DNA of 64,000 nucleotides from Candidatus Latescibacterota bacterium (GCA_964291625.2 OZ220090.1:1-64000); one strand, 5' to 3'. Counted from the stretch's first letter, positions 18,252-28,578 are shown. The notes: generated from the sequence alone by a model not told the origin. Made by a program: numbers and translations.

Positions 18252-19784
18252 ATGACTGAATCCGCCCCCGGCAACCGGCCGGAACGACTGCAGTGGTTCA
18301 ACGGCCTCGGCTTCGGGATGTTCATCCACTGGAGCATCGACAGCCAGCTCGGCTCGGTCATCGGTCACTCCATGGCCCGCGCCTCCGAGGACTACCTCGA
18401 GAAGTTCACGCGGATCCTGCCCTCCACCTTCAACCCCAGGAGGTTCGACCCCGACGAGTGGGCGGTCCTGGCCCGTCTGGCGGGGATGCGCTACGTCGTC
18501 TTCACCACCAAGCACCACTCCGGCTTCTGCATGTTCCCCACCCGGTCGACCGAGTTCAACGTGGCCAACACCGCCTTCGGGAGGGACGTGACGGGCGAGA
18601 TCATCGAGGCCTTCCGCCGCCAGGGGATCGCCATCGGCCTCTACCACTCGCCCGACGACTTCCACTTCCTCCACGGCAAGGGCATGCCGGTGCAGCGGGG
18701 GATCCGGCCCGAGGCCTGCGAAGGGCTGCTGGACCACAACAAGACCCAGGTGCGGGAGCTGCTCACCAACTACGGCGACATCGACATCCTGTTCTTCGAC
18801 GGTCCCTCCGACGGCCTGCGGGAGCTGTGCTGGGAGCTGCGCCCGGAGATCGTCGTCACCCGGGGAGCGATGCGCACGCCGGAGCAGTGGATCCCGGGGG
18901 TGCGGTCGGCGGAGCCGTGGGAGGCGTGCGTCACCATGGGCACGGGGTGGCAGTACAAGCCGACGAACGAGAGCTACAAGTCGGGGACGCAACTGATCGA
19001 GCTGCTCATCGAGACCCGGGCCAAGGGCGGCAACCTGGTGCTCAACGTCGGCCCCAGGCCGAACGGCGAGCTGCCGATCGAGCAGGAGGCGCTGCTGCGC
19101 GAGATCGCCCTGTGGACCTTCGTCAACGGCGAGGCGATCTACGACGTCGAGCCCTGGAGGGTGTCCGGCGAAGGCGGGGTCTGGTTCGCCGCCCGCAAGG
19201 ACGGGGGCGCGGTCTACGCCTTCCTCACGGGGGAGGGGGAGTGGCCGCTCTACGAACGCCGGGAGTGGACCCTGTCGTCGGTGCGCGCCGGGCCGGCGAC
19301 GAAGGTGCACGTCCTCGGCCAGGCCGACGGCCTGAGCGACGAGCAGGGGCCGGCCGTCGAATGGAGCCAGGAGGAGGACGGGCTGCGCATCCGGGCCGGG
19401 CGCATGCAGAGGCTCTACAACAACCGGCGCTGGCCGAACCCCGTGGTCCTCCGGATCACCGACGCTCGGGTGGGGCTGGTGCCGCCGTCGGTGGTGACGG
19501 GCGAGGCCGTCCGGGACGAGGCCTCCGGCGGCTGGCGGTTCCACGCTTCCCTGGCCGACCTCGGCGCGGGGGACGCGGTGGAGGCGGGCTTCCAGTACCG
19601 GCCGAGGAGGCTGCTCACCGATGCCCTCGAGGAGTGGGTGGACACTTCCTTCGAGACCCGGCGGTCGACGGGGGAGTACTCGGCGCAGGTCGACAGGCCG
19701 GGGGAGGGGACGGCTTGGGAGTTCCGGGCCGTGGTCCGCCATCCGGCGATCACCGTCAACGGCGACAGCGTCACCTTCCGCTGA
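18252..19784 (+). CDS. Alpha-L-fucosidase (GH29) with C-terminal extension
   Basis: Motifs FGMFIHW, FDPDEW, AGMRYVVFTTKHHSGF, YGDIDILFFDG, WEACVTM and GGNLVLNVGP. RBS AAGGAG. Confidence 0.92.
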   Translation: MTESAPGNRPERLQWFNGLGFGMFIHWSIDSQLGSVIGHSMARASEDYLEKFTRILPSTFNPRRFDPDEWAVLARLAGMRYVVFTTKHHSGFCMFPTRSTEFNVANTAFGRDVTGEIIEAFRRQGIAIGLYHSPDDFHFLHGKGMPVQRGIRPEACEGLLDHNKTQVRELLTNYGDIDILFFDGPSDGLRELCWELRPEIVVTRGAMRTPEQWIPGVRSAEPWEACVTMGTGWQYKPTNESYKSGTQLIELLIETRAKGGNLVLNVGPRPNGELPIEQEALLREIALWTFVNGEAIYDVEPWRVSGEGGVWFAARKDGGAVYAFLTGEGEWPLYERREWTLSSVRAGPATKVHVLGQADGLSDEQGPAVEWSQEEDGLRIRAGRMQRLYNNRRWPNPVVLRITDARVGLVPPSVVTGEAVRDEASGGWRFHASLADLGAGDAVEAGFQYRPRRLLTDALEEWVDTSFETRRSTGEYSAQVDRPGEGTAWEFRAVVRHPAITVNGDSVTFR

Positions 19785-19804
19785 GCGGGCCGGTCAGGGC
19801 CGCC

Positions 19805-22159
19805 TCACCCCCCGGGCGACCACAGGAGCCAGCGGTCGCCCAGGCCGTGGCGCTGGGCCCGGTCCCAGGTGCCGCTCATGCGGAAGGTGAAGGTGTTCTC
19901 CTCTCCCGGACGGAGCCAGCGGGAGACGTCGATGTCGGTGCCGTAGCGGTGCCGCCCGTCGGTGGGGGAGTGGACGAGCTGGCCGTTGGCCCAGACCCAC
20001 ATCCTGGCGGCGTAGACGAGCGGCACGTAGAGCCGCGCCGGCCCGCCCGGCTTTGCCTGCGGGACCGGCATCGAGAACCGGTACCATCCCGGCCCGGGGT
20101 AGGCGTAGCCCTCGTCGCGATAGCCGCCCTGGGTCCAGTCGGTGGTCACTGGGATCTCGTCCCACTCCAGGTCCGCCGCCACCTCGTCGAGGTGCCACTG
20201 CTCGAAGAGGCCCTCGTCGTGGCGGTCGGTGCGGAACCCCGCGGTGGCGGGTCCCAGAGCCAGGCGGCGGCCGAGGCCGCCGCCGTCGCGCTCCACCAGG
20301 GCCTCGATGTAGCGCCGCCAGGTGCTCAGGCCCCTGTCGGAGTCGACCACCCACTGCGGCTCGGGGGGCAGCAGGCCGGGCTGGATCGCCTCGGCCGCCT
20401 CGACGGGGAGGCTCAGCCGCTCCAGCTGGGCCAGGGCCTCGCGGTAGCGCCCCTCGTGGAGGCGGGTCACCATGGCGTTGTGGGTCGTCATGTACTCGTG
20501 CAGGGAGCGGTAGGCGGCGATACGCCGGCGCAACCGGGGCGTGTCGGCGAGGCTCTCGGCCTGGTCGAGAAGCGCCCCCAGGGCCAGGGTCCGCTCCGGG
20601 GGGTAGATGCGCGTCCAGTCTCCCAGCTTCGAGGTCCAGGTCACGTGCTCGGGCGAGGCGGCCAGCAGGCCCTCGATCTGGTCGAAGAAGGCCCGCATGG
20701 GCGCTTCGGCGGGCCCGAAGAAGCGGTTGTGGAAGTCGTCCACGAGGGCGTCCACGTCGGCCTCCACGTCCCACATCAGCCTGGTCCGCACGTAGTAGTT
20801 GAGGCCGGTGCGCAGGAAGGTGTTGTGCCCCTCCGTGGTGAAGCCGACGACGTTGTGCTCGTGGTAGAAGGGCAGGTTGGCGCGGATCGAGTGGACGTTC
20901 CAGAAGGGCATGCGGTTCAGGGTGGCGTGGGGGTCGTAGTCGTAGATCACCATCCTGGGGGAAATGCGGGCCCAGGCCTTGATCGTGCGCTCGTGGCGCC
21001 TCGAGAAGATGTCGCCGCCGCCGGGGATGGGGCGCAGGGCGCTGACGCCGAGGCGGGCGAGCTGGACGACGATGTTGCGGTTCCAGGGCCGGTCCAGGCC
21101 TTCGGGGGGACGCACCCGGTTGTCGTAGGCGAGGATGACGATGTAGCGGTCCGGGTACTCGGCGTTGACGCCGTGGGCGACGTTGTTGACGAAGTTGAAG
21201 TAGGCGTCGGAGATCGACTCCTGAAGGCCGCTGTCGATGGTGAAGGCGTGGTCGCCGGCGACGCAGACGTCGCAGTGGCACCGCGGCGACCAGTCGGGGG
21301 CCGAGAACCCGTAGCTGTTGGCCTCGGGATGGTCGCGGAAGTACTCCTTGACCGTCCGCACCGCGATCTCCTCGGTCAGGGGATTGGTGACGCAGAGCAT
21401 GGTCAGGTGCAGCTCGCCCTCGGGACCCCTGGAGCGGCGCTGGCCGTCCGGGCCCATGGCGTAGATCTCGGGATGCACGTCCTCCCAGATCTCCGGCGGT
21501 GCCAGTCGCCCGATGGAGCCGTCGCTGGCGAAGGCGAAGGGCCGGACGAGGGTGCCCTTGTTGCGGACCAGCCACTCGTTGTGGTCTCCCGAGTCGTCGG
21601 CCCAGCCCGACATCCAGATGTTGCGCACCACGAAGGAGGGCCGCTGCTCGACGTCGAGATCGGGGAGGGTGATCGTCTTCCGCCGCGGGAGGACCTGGCC
21701 GAACTCGCCCGGGAAGTACCACCGGCATCCGAGCCGTTCCAGCAGCTCGTACACGGCGTACTCGGTGCCGCGGTAGAAGGCGTCCTCGTTGCCGGCCAGC
21801 ACCAGGTCCCGGTCGCCAGCCGTGCGCAGGACGAACCCCTCGCGGGAGGCGTCGCGGTCGTGGCCGGAGGGCGGCTCGACGCCGAGGCGGCGCACCGCCT
21901 CGGAGCGGCCCACGTGCAGACGGGCGTGGTCCTCGAGCTCCTCCGGCACCGCCGCCGCGCCGGCTTGCACGGGCAGCTCGGCGCCGGAGATCCGCTCGAT
22001 GAAGTGCTGCAGCTCCGCCGCGGCCCGGGCCGCCGAGGGGCCGGGCTCGGCGGCGGTGACGATCACCGCCCGCGGCTGTCCGTCCTGGACGATGACCATG
22101 GCCTCCGCCTCCTGAGAGAGGGTCCAGATGACGAGGGCCAGGGCCCCGAGGATCACCAT
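19805..22159 (-). CDS. DUF4838-domain secreted protein (GH20/GH67-like N-domain, C-terminal galactose-binding-like domain)
   Basis: Signal peptide, then AAAELQHFIERISGAELPV, GTEYAVYELLERLGCRWYFPG, PSFVVR, LCVTNP, CHCDVC, ILAY and RLMWD. C-terminal YPGPGWYR...VWANGQLV. Confidence 0.8.
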   Translation of the reverse strand: MVILGALALVIWTLSQEAEAMVIVQDGQPRAVIVTAAEPGPSAARAAAELQHFIERISGAELPVQAGAAAVPEELEDHARLHVGRSEAVRRLGVEPPSGHDRDASREGFVLRTAGDRDLVLAGNEDAFYRGTEYAVYELLERLGCRWYFPGEFGQVLPRRKTITLPDLDVEQRPSFVVRNIWMSGWADDSGDHNEWLVRNKGTLVRPFAFASDGSIGRLAPPEIWEDVHPEIYAMGPDGQRRSRGPEGELHLTMLCVTNPLTEEIAVRTVKEYFRDHPEANSYGFSAPDWSPRCHCDVCVAGDHAFTIDSGLQESISDAYFNFVNNVAHGVNAEYPDRYIVILAYDNRVRPPEGLDRPWNRNIVVQLARLGVSALRPIPGGGDIFSRRHERTIKAWARISPRMVIYDYDPHATLNRMPFWNVHSIRANLPFYHEHNVVGFTTEGHNTFLRTGLNYYVRTRLMWDVEADVDALVDDFHNRFFGPAEAPMRAFFDQIEGLLAASPEHVTWTSKLGDWTRIYPPERTLALGALLDQAESLADTPRLRRRIAAYRSLHEYMTTHNAMVTRLHEGRYREALAQLERLSLPVEAAEAIQPGLLPPEPQWVVDSDRGLSTWRRYIEALVERDGGGLGRRLALGPATAGFRTDRHDEGLFEQWHLDEVAADLEWDEIPVTTDWTQGGYRDEGYAYPGPGWYRFSMPVPQAKPGGPARLYVPLVYAARMWVWANGQLVHSPTDGRHRYGTDIDVSRWLRPGEENTFTFRMSGTWDRAQRHGLGDRWLLWSPGG

Positions 22160-22240
22160 CGGTACCTGCCTTTCCGGCGCCCGGCGCTGGCCGCGGCGAG
22201 ATGCCGGCGCTAAAGATCAGCCCCTATCTTTGGCGAGACA

Positions 22241-24361
22241 ATGAGAACGCTCCGGCTTTTCTCCACCTTGGCCCTCCTCCTGGCCGTACCGGCCCATGGC
22301 TACGTCGGTCCGGGCGCCGGCATCGCCATCGCCGGCGGCTTCTGGACCCTGCTCGTCCTCCTCCTCGCCGCGGCGGTCCTGCTGTTCCTGCCCTTCCGGA
22401 TGCTGCTGACCCGGCTCCGCCGGAAGGGACGCCCCCCGTCGCGGTCCCGGCGCGTCGTCGTCATCGGCCTCGACGGGCTCGACCCCGGACTCTGCGCCCG
22501 CTGGATGGACGAGGGCCGCCTGCCCAACCTGCAGCGGCTGGCCGGCCAGGGGACCTTCCGCCCCCTCGGGACCACCCTGCCGGCGATCACGCCGGCGGCC
22601 TGGTCCTCCTTCGCCACCGGGACCGATCCCTCCGGCCACAACATCTACGACTTCATCACCCGCGACCCCCGGACCTACGGGCCCGTGCTCTCCTCGGCGA
22701 GGGTGATGCCGCCGCGCCGGAGCCTGAAGCTCGGACCCTGGCGCCTGCCCCTGTCGAAGCCGCGCATCCGCAACCTCAAGGGCAGCCGTCCCTTCTGGAA
22801 GCTGCTCGGCGAGAACGGCGTCTTCAGCTCCATCCTGCGCGTTCCCATCACCTTCCCGCCCGAGCCCTTCGCCGGGCACCTGCTCGCGGGCATGTGCGTC
22901 CCGGACCTGCGGGGGACCCAGGGCGAGTTCACCTGCCTCACCGAGACCCCGCGTGAGGGCGGGGACCCGGGGAGAGTCGCAGGCGGGCAGGCCCCGGGCC
23001 GCTGGATCGAGGTCAGCCTGCGCCCGGGGGAGAGCCGCCGCGTCGACATCCCGGGGCCGCCCGCTCCCTTCGGCGGCAACGGCGATCCACCCCTCCATGC
23101 TCCGATCGAACTGCAGCGCGACGCCGGGGCGGGCGGCCTGCGGCTCACCGTCGGCGGCCGCCGGCTCGACCTGCGCGAGGGCGTCCACTCCCCGTGGGTG
23201 GAGCTGACCTTCCGCGGCGGCCCCGGGGTCCGGGTGCGCGGCATCTGCCGGTTCCGGCTGGCCTCGGCCGAGCCGCTGAAGCTCTACCTCACGGCGATCC
23301 AGATCGATCCGGACCGGCCCTGCCTGCCCCTCTCCCACCCCGCCTCGTACGCCGCCTGGCTGGGCCGCCGCCTGGGGAAGTACGGCACCCTCGGTCTGGC
23401 CGAGGACACGGAGGCCCTCGAGGCCGGAGTCATCGACGAGGAGGCCTTCCTGGAGCAGGCGCGCTCCCTCCACGAGGAGCGCGAGAGGATGCTCTTCCAA
23501 GCCCTGGACCGCACCCGGGAGGGGCTGCTGGTCTGCGTCTTCGACGGGCCCGACCGCGTGCAGCACATGTTCTACCGCACCCTGGACCCCGGCCATCCGG
23601 CCAACGAGGGGCGCCGCGTGGCCGACTTCGAGGGTGTCCTGCCGGACATGTACGGGGAGATGGACGCCCTGGTGGGCCGCGTCATGGAGCGCGTCGACGA
23701 CGGGGAGACCACCCTCCTGGTGATCTCCGACCACGGCTTCTGCCCCTTCCGGCGGGGGGTGAACCTCAACACCTGGCTCCGCGACAACGGCTACCTCGCC
23801 GTGGAGGAGGAGGAGGCCGCACCGGGGGGGGACGAGTGGTTCGCCGGCGTCGACTGGTCCCGGACCCGGGCCTTCGCCCTCGGCCTGGCCGGGATCTTCC
23901 TCAACCGCGCCGGGCGCGAGGCCCGCGGCGTCCTGACCGAGGCGGAGGCGGAGGACCTGAAGCGGGAGCTGATCGCCGGCCTGGAGGGTCTGGCCGACGA
24001 CGACGGCCAGCCGGCGATCCGCAAAGTCTGGGACGCGGAGAGCCACTTCCGCGGCCCTTACAGGAAGGAGGCGCCGGACCTGCTCGTCGGCTACAACGCC
24101 GGATACCGGGCCTCCTGGACCGGTGCCAGGGGACGGGTCGGGGAGCGCGTCTTCGAGGACAACACCCGCCACTGGAGCGGCGACCACTGCGTCGATCCCG
24201 CCCAGGTGCCCGGGGTCCTGTTCTGCAACCGGCCCATCGACAGGCAGGACCCGCACCTGCTCGACGTGCCGATGTCGATCCTGCGCCTCTTCGGGGTCGA
24301 ACCGCCCGCCTACATGCAGGGAGAGGATCTCTTCGATGGACGGCCGGACCCGGCGCCGTAG
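22241..24361 (+). CDS. Alkaline phosphatase superfamily protein (nucleotide pyrophosphatase/phosphodiesterase type) with N-terminal YVGPGAG-TM module
   Basis: Motifs VIGLDGLD, AITPAAWSSFATG (Thr nucleophile), GHNIYDF, DRVQH, ISDHGF and WSGDH. Confidence 0.88.
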   Translation: MRTLRLFSTLALLLAVPAHGYVGPGAGIAIAGGFWTLLVLLLAAAVLLFLPFRMLLTRLRRKGRPPSRSRRVVVIGLDGLDPGLCARWMDEGRLPNLQRLAGQGTFRPLGTTLPAITPAAWSSFATGTDPSGHNIYDFITRDPRTYGPVLSSARVMPPRRSLKLGPWRLPLSKPRIRNLKGSRPFWKLLGENGVFSSILRVPITFPPEPFAGHLLAGMCVPDLRGTQGEFTCLTETPREGGDPGRVAGGQAPGRWIEVSLRPGESRRVDIPGPPAPFGGNGDPPLHAPIELQRDAGAGGLRLTVGGRRLDLREGVHSPWVELTFRGGPGVRVRGICRFRLASAEPLKLYLTAIQIDPDRPCLPLSHPASYAAWLGRRLGKYGTLGLAEDTEALEAGVIDEEAFLEQARSLHEERERMLFQALDRTREGLLVCVFDGPDRVQHMFYRTLDPGHPANEGRRVADFEGVLPDMYGEMDALVGRVMERVDDGETTLLVISDHGFCPFRRGVNLNTWLRDNGYLAVEEEEAAPGGDEWFAGVDWSRTRAFALGLAGIFLNRAGREARGVLTEAEAEDLKRELIAGLEGLADDDGQPAIRKVWDAESHFRGPYRKEAPDLLVGYNAGYRASWTGARGRVGERVFEDNTRHWSGDHCVDPAQVPGVLFCNRPIDRQDPHLLDVPMSILRLFGVEPPAYMQGEDLFDGRPDPAP

Positions 24362-24385
24362 CCCGTCGTCCCGGGCCGCCGTTCG

Positions 24386-26368
24386 GTGAGCCGCCCGTTG
24401 CGCCGCCGGGGCCGGTGGTCCGGGGCCGGCGCCGCCCTGCTGGCAGCGGGTCTCCTGGCGGCCTCCGTTGGGTGCGCCCCCCGGAAGGACGCCCCGCCGC
24501 TGCTGGTGTTCGGGATCGACGGCATGGATCCGCAGATCCTGACGAGGCTGATGGCCGGCGGCCGCATGCCCCACTTCGAGGTCCTGGCCGCCTCCGGCGG
24601 CTTCGCTCCGCTGGCGACCACCATGCCTCCCCAGAGCCCGGTGGCCTGGTCGACCTTCATCACCGGCCTCGAGCCCGCCGGGCACGGGATCTTCGACTTC
24701 ATCCACCGCGATCCTCTCACCCTGCAGCCCTACCTGTCCACCTCGAGGAAGGGTCGGGGAGGACGGATGGAGCTGCTGCGCCGCGGCCGTCCCTTCTGGG
24801 ATCTCCTCGTCGAGGGGGACATACCGGTGACGATCTTCAAGGTGCCGGCCAACTTCCCGCCGGAGGCGCCGCGCTCTGGCCCGTGGCCGCCGGCCGGGTG
24901 CTCCTGCTTCCGCGCCTTCGCCGGCATGGGGACGCCGGACATGCTCGGCACGTACGGCACCTTCACCTGGTACACCGACGGGCCCTACACGGCGCCCGCC
25001 CATACGGAGGAGGCCGGGCAGGTCCTGACCCCGGGAGGCGAGCTGGAGATCGCCGGGGGCCGCATCGTCGGCCTGGAGCTGCGGGACGGGCGGGCGGCGC
25101 CGGAGATCCACGGCCCGCGCTCGGAAGGGGGAGAGAAGCGGGGGCGCTTCGAGCTGTTCGTCGACCGCGGACCGGGGGGCGGGGCGGGCGCCGTGGAGAT
25201 CGATCTCGGCGGCCGGCGCGTGGTCCTGCGCCCGGGCGAGTGGAGCCCGTGGCTGCGCGTCGACTACGGGCGCAAGCGTTTTAGCCTGGCCCGTCTGACC
25301 GGCATCGTGCGTTTCTACCTGAAGTCGGTCGAGCCGCACCTGGGGCTCTACATGACCCCGGTCAACCTCGACCCGGGCGACCCCGCGATGCCGGTCTCGG
25401 TGCCGGATGGGGAGGCGCCGCGGCTGGAGGCCGCCCTGGGGCCCTACTACACCCAGGGCATGCCCGCCGACACCAAGGCCCTGGAAGCGGAGGTCCTCGA
25501 CTACGGCGAGTTCCTCGCCCAGGACGGGCTGGCACTGGACGAACGCCGCGAGCACCTGCGCCGCGAGCTGGACCGGCTCGATTCGGGGCTCCTGTTCTTC
25601 TACGTTCACAGCCTCGACCAGGTGAGCCACATGCTGTGGCGGGCGGCGGACCCCGCCCACCCCGGGTACCGGGACGAATTCGCGCCCCACGGCCGGGCCA
25701 TCGACCGTCGCTACGAGGCCATGGACGAACTGCTGGGAGAGGCGATGGCCGTCTTCGGCGAGCGCGGCGAGATCGTCGTTCTGTCGGACCACGGATTCGC
25801 CCCGTACGAGCGCTCCTTCAACCTCAACACCTGGCTGATGGAGGAGGGTTACATGTCCCTGAACGACGATGACTCCATCGCCTGGGAGCGGACGCAGGCC
25901 TACGGCCTGGGCCTGAACGCCCTGTACCTGAATCTGCAGGGCCGGGAGGAGCGGGGGGTGGTGGAACCCCGGGAGCGGGGCTCGAAGCTGGAAGAGATCG
26001 GGGAGAGGCTGCTGGCCCTCAGGGATCCCGCGGACGGCCGTCCGGTGGTCGAGCGGGTCTACCCGGTCGACGGGGGAGCCGCGGAGGGCCCCGCCCCCGA
26101 CCTGCTCATCGGCTACGGGCGGGGGTACCGCGCCTCCGGGGCCGCGGCCCTGGGCCGCGTCGAGGCGGAGGTCCTGAGCGACAACCTCTCCCCCTGGAGC
26201 GGCGACCACTGCATGGCCGCCCACACCGTGCCGGGCGTCCTGGTGAGCAGCCTGCCCTTGCGCCCCGGCGCCGAGCACCACCTGCGGGACCTTCCCGTGA
26301 GCATCCTCGCCTACTACGGGATCGGCCGGCCGAAGGGGATGACCGGCCGCTCGATCTGGCCGGAGTGA
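24386..26368 (+). CDS. Alkaline phosphatase superfamily protein (phosphodiesterase type), probable lipoprotein
   Basis: GTG start, signal ending ASVGC. Motifs FGIDGMD, PQSPVAWSTFITG (Ser nucleophile), DQVSH, LSDHGF and WSGDH. Paralog of the upstream gene. Confidence 0.88.
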   Translation: MSRPLRRRGRWSGAGAALLAAGLLAASVGCAPRKDAPPLLVFGIDGMDPQILTRLMAGGRMPHFEVLAASGGFAPLATTMPPQSPVAWSTFITGLEPAGHGIFDFIHRDPLTLQPYLSTSRKGRGGRMELLRRGRPFWDLLVEGDIPVTIFKVPANFPPEAPRSGPWPPAGCSCFRAFAGMGTPDMLGTYGTFTWYTDGPYTAPAHTEEAGQVLTPGGELEIAGGRIVGLELRDGRAAPEIHGPRSEGGEKRGRFELFVDRGPGGGAGAVEIDLGGRRVVLRPGEWSPWLRVDYGRKRFSLARLTGIVRFYLKSVEPHLGLYMTPVNLDPGDPAMPVSVPDGEAPRLEAALGPYYTQGMPADTKALEAEVLDYGEFLAQDGLALDERREHLRRELDRLDSGLLFFYVHSLDQVSHMLWRAADPAHPGYRDEFAPHGRAIDRRYEAMDELLGEAMAVFGERGEIVVLSDHGFAPYERSFNLNTWLMEEGYMSLNDDDSIAWERTQAYGLGLNALYLNLQGREERGVVEPRERGSKLEEIGERLLALRDPADGRPVVERVYPVDGGAAEGPAPDLLIGYGRGYRASGAAALGRVEAEVLSDNLSPWSGDHCMAAHTVPGVLVSSLPLRPGAEHHLRDLPVSILAYYGIGRPKGMTGRSIWPE

Positions 26369-26384
26369 GAGCACCCGGGGGGCC

Positions 26385-26579
26385 ATGCGACTCTTCAGGC
26401 ACAAGGTGACCATCGACGACGAGCTGATGGAGCGCCTCCGCAGACACGTGGAGCGCGCCGGCTACGCCAGCGTGGAGGAGTTCGTCCGCCACTGCCTCGA
26501 CAAGGAGATCTCGGCCGGCGAGGCCGCCGATGACGACATGCAGCGGAAGCGCCTGCGGGGCCTCGGCTACATCGAGTGA
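26385..26579 (+). CDS. Small ribbon-helix-helix/CopG-like protein with C-terminal RLRGLGYI motif
   Basis: 64 aa. KVTIDDELMERLRRHVERAGYASVEEFVRHCLDKEI fits a beta-alpha-alpha RHH pattern. Confidence 0.7.
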   Translation: MRLFRHKVTIDDELMERLRRHVERAGYASVEEFVRHCLDKEISAGEAADDDMQRKRLRGLGYIE

Positions 26580-26591
26580 GGGCGGCGGTCC

Positions 26592-27430
26592 GTGCAGTCC
26601 CTGATCGCCGCCCTCAACGGTCTGGCCAATCGCCTCTTCGACGCCGGCCTCTCCCTGCCCGGGGTCCTGGGGCCGAGGGCCGAGATGGCCGCCGTGGCCC
26701 TCCTCCTGGGGGTGGTCACGGCGGCCGTCTTCCACCGCTTCGCGGACCGATCCGCCCTGAGAGAGTCCCGCCGGGAGCTGGGCGCCGGCCTCCTCGAGAT
26801 CTGGCTCTACCGCCACGACCCCGCCCTCGTCCTGCGCGCCGAGGGCCGCCTCCTGGGGGCGAACCTGCGCTGTCTGCGGGGCCTGCTTCCGCCCCTGGTG
26901 CTCTCCGCGGCGCTGGCGGCTCCCCTGCTCGTCCAGTCCTGGCACCGCTTCGGCCCGGAGCCGGCGCCGCCGGGAGCGCAGGTCCTGCTGACGGCGGAGC
27001 TCGCCCCCGGGGGGGAGACCCGGCGTGGCCGGAGCTTGTGTGGGAGACCGGGAAGGGAGAGGTCACCGCCGTCGTGCGGCAGCCCTCCGTGGACCGGATC
27101 GTCTGGCGCCTGCGCCCCCGCGAATCCGGGGTCCATTCCCTGAGCCTGACCGGCGCCCCGGGATCGGAGACCTTCCCGCTGGCGGCGGGAGCGGCGCCGG
27201 GCAGCATCACCGCCTCCAGGGAATCGAGTCCGTGGCGGCTGCTGCTCCACCCACGGGGTCGGCCCCTGCCGGCGGGATCCGGGCTGCGCCGAATCTGGGT
27301 GGAGTACCCCCGCTCCGGGGCCGAGCGGCTGATCTGGCCGGCGGTCGTGTCCCTGCTCGCCGCCTTGGCCGCCTACCGGCTGCTGGATCGCCGCACCCGC
27401 AACCGACCCGGCCATCCGGCCGGCAACTGA
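26592..27430 (+). pseudogene. Hypothetical membrane protein with a frameshift in the G7 run at 27009-27015
   Basis: ORF 26592.. is protein-like up to ELAPGG. It continues in another frame as [23 protein letters not shown]...[19 protein letters not shown] (stop 27430). One extra G would join them. Confidence 0.65.
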
Positions 27431-27444
27431 AGGAGGTATCCTTC

Positions 27445-28578
27445 GTGGACACACCCGGCAGCCGAATGAAGTACGCCGAGGAGATGCTCAGACGCTTGTG
27501 CGAGGAGATCGGGCCGCACCCGTCGGGCACGCCCGAGTTCGAGGAGGTGGTGCGCATCGTCCACCAGGACCTGCGGACCTCCATCGCCGATGTGCGGCTC
27601 GACCGCTACCTGGACTTCTGGACCACCCTGCCCATCCCGGAGATCTGCCACAAGGGGAGGCGGCTGCAGGTGGGCGTCGCCGAGAACTGCTCGGGCACGA
27701 CCGACGCCGGCTTCGACGGCGTCATCCGCGCCGCCTCCGGCGACCCCTCCCTCTACCCGATCGAAAACGTCGAGAGCGGCCGCCCCGAGGCCCATATCCA
27801 GGTCAGCCGCGACGTGGGCGTGGTGCCCGTCTACCTCTACGGCGACGACGTCCTCTGCCCTCCGAGGTTCGTCGCCGGCATCCGCGATGTCCCCTTCCTC
27901 GACCTGCTCGTGAAGGAGGAAGCGGTGGTGCAGGTGCGTCTCCGCGTCCTCTACGCCCCCGACCGCCCGACCCACAACGTGGTGGCCCGCATCCCCGGCC
28001 AGGGGGCCGGCGAGGTGATCGTCATGGCTCACGCCGACTCGGTGATCCGCTCGGAAGGGGCCAACGACAACATGGCCTCCGCCATCGTCGCCATGATGCT
28101 CGCCCACGCCTTCGCCGGCGAGCGACCGGAGAAGAGTCTCACCTTCCTGATCACGGGGAGCGAGGAGTACGGCCTGATCGGGGCCCGGCACTACGTGAAG
28201 CGGAGGATCGAGGAGGACACGCACCGGCAGATCGAGTGCGTGCTCAACTTCGACTCCCTCACCTACGGGCCCAACCTCTGGCCCTCGACCCACGACCCGG
28301 AGCTGATGGCGCTGGTTCGCCAGGTCCACGAAGACCTGGGCTCGCCGACGGTGCCCATCTACGACGAGTCCCCCTGCTGGCAGAACGACGCCGCCCCCTT
28401 CAAGGACCTGAACCCGGGGATCACGGGAATCGATTTCAACAGCCGCGGGTACGACACCCTGGCGGCCAACCACTCGCCGGCCGACGACGCCGCCAACGTG
28501 CCCATGGACTGCGTGGAGAGCGCCTTCGTGACCCTGAGGGAGGTGGTGGCCCGCATCGCGGGGGTCGGGGGGAGCTGA
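27445..28578 (+). CDS. M28 family metallopeptidase, no signal peptide
   Basis: RBS AAGGAGG, then GTG 27445. Zn ligand motifs [25 protein letters not shown] and NHSPAD. Confidence 0.88.
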   Translation: MDTPGSRMKYAEEMLRRLCEEIGPHPSGTPEFEEVVRIVHQDLRTSIADVRLDRYLDFWTTLPIPEICHKGRRLQVGVAENCSGTTDAGFDGVIRAASGDPSLYPIENVESGRPEAHIQVSRDVGVVPVYLYGDDVLCPPRFVAGIRDVPFLDLLVKEEAVVQVRLRVLYAPDRPTHNVVARIPGQGAGEVIVMAHADSVIRSEGANDNMASAIVAMMLAHAFAGERPEKSLTFLITGSEEYGLIGARHYVKRRIEEDTHRQIECVLNFDSLTYGPNLWPSTHDPELMALVRQVHEDLGSPTVPIYDESPCWQNDAAPFKDLNPGITGIDFNSRGYDTLAANHSPADDAANVPMDCVESAFVTLREVVARIAGVGGS

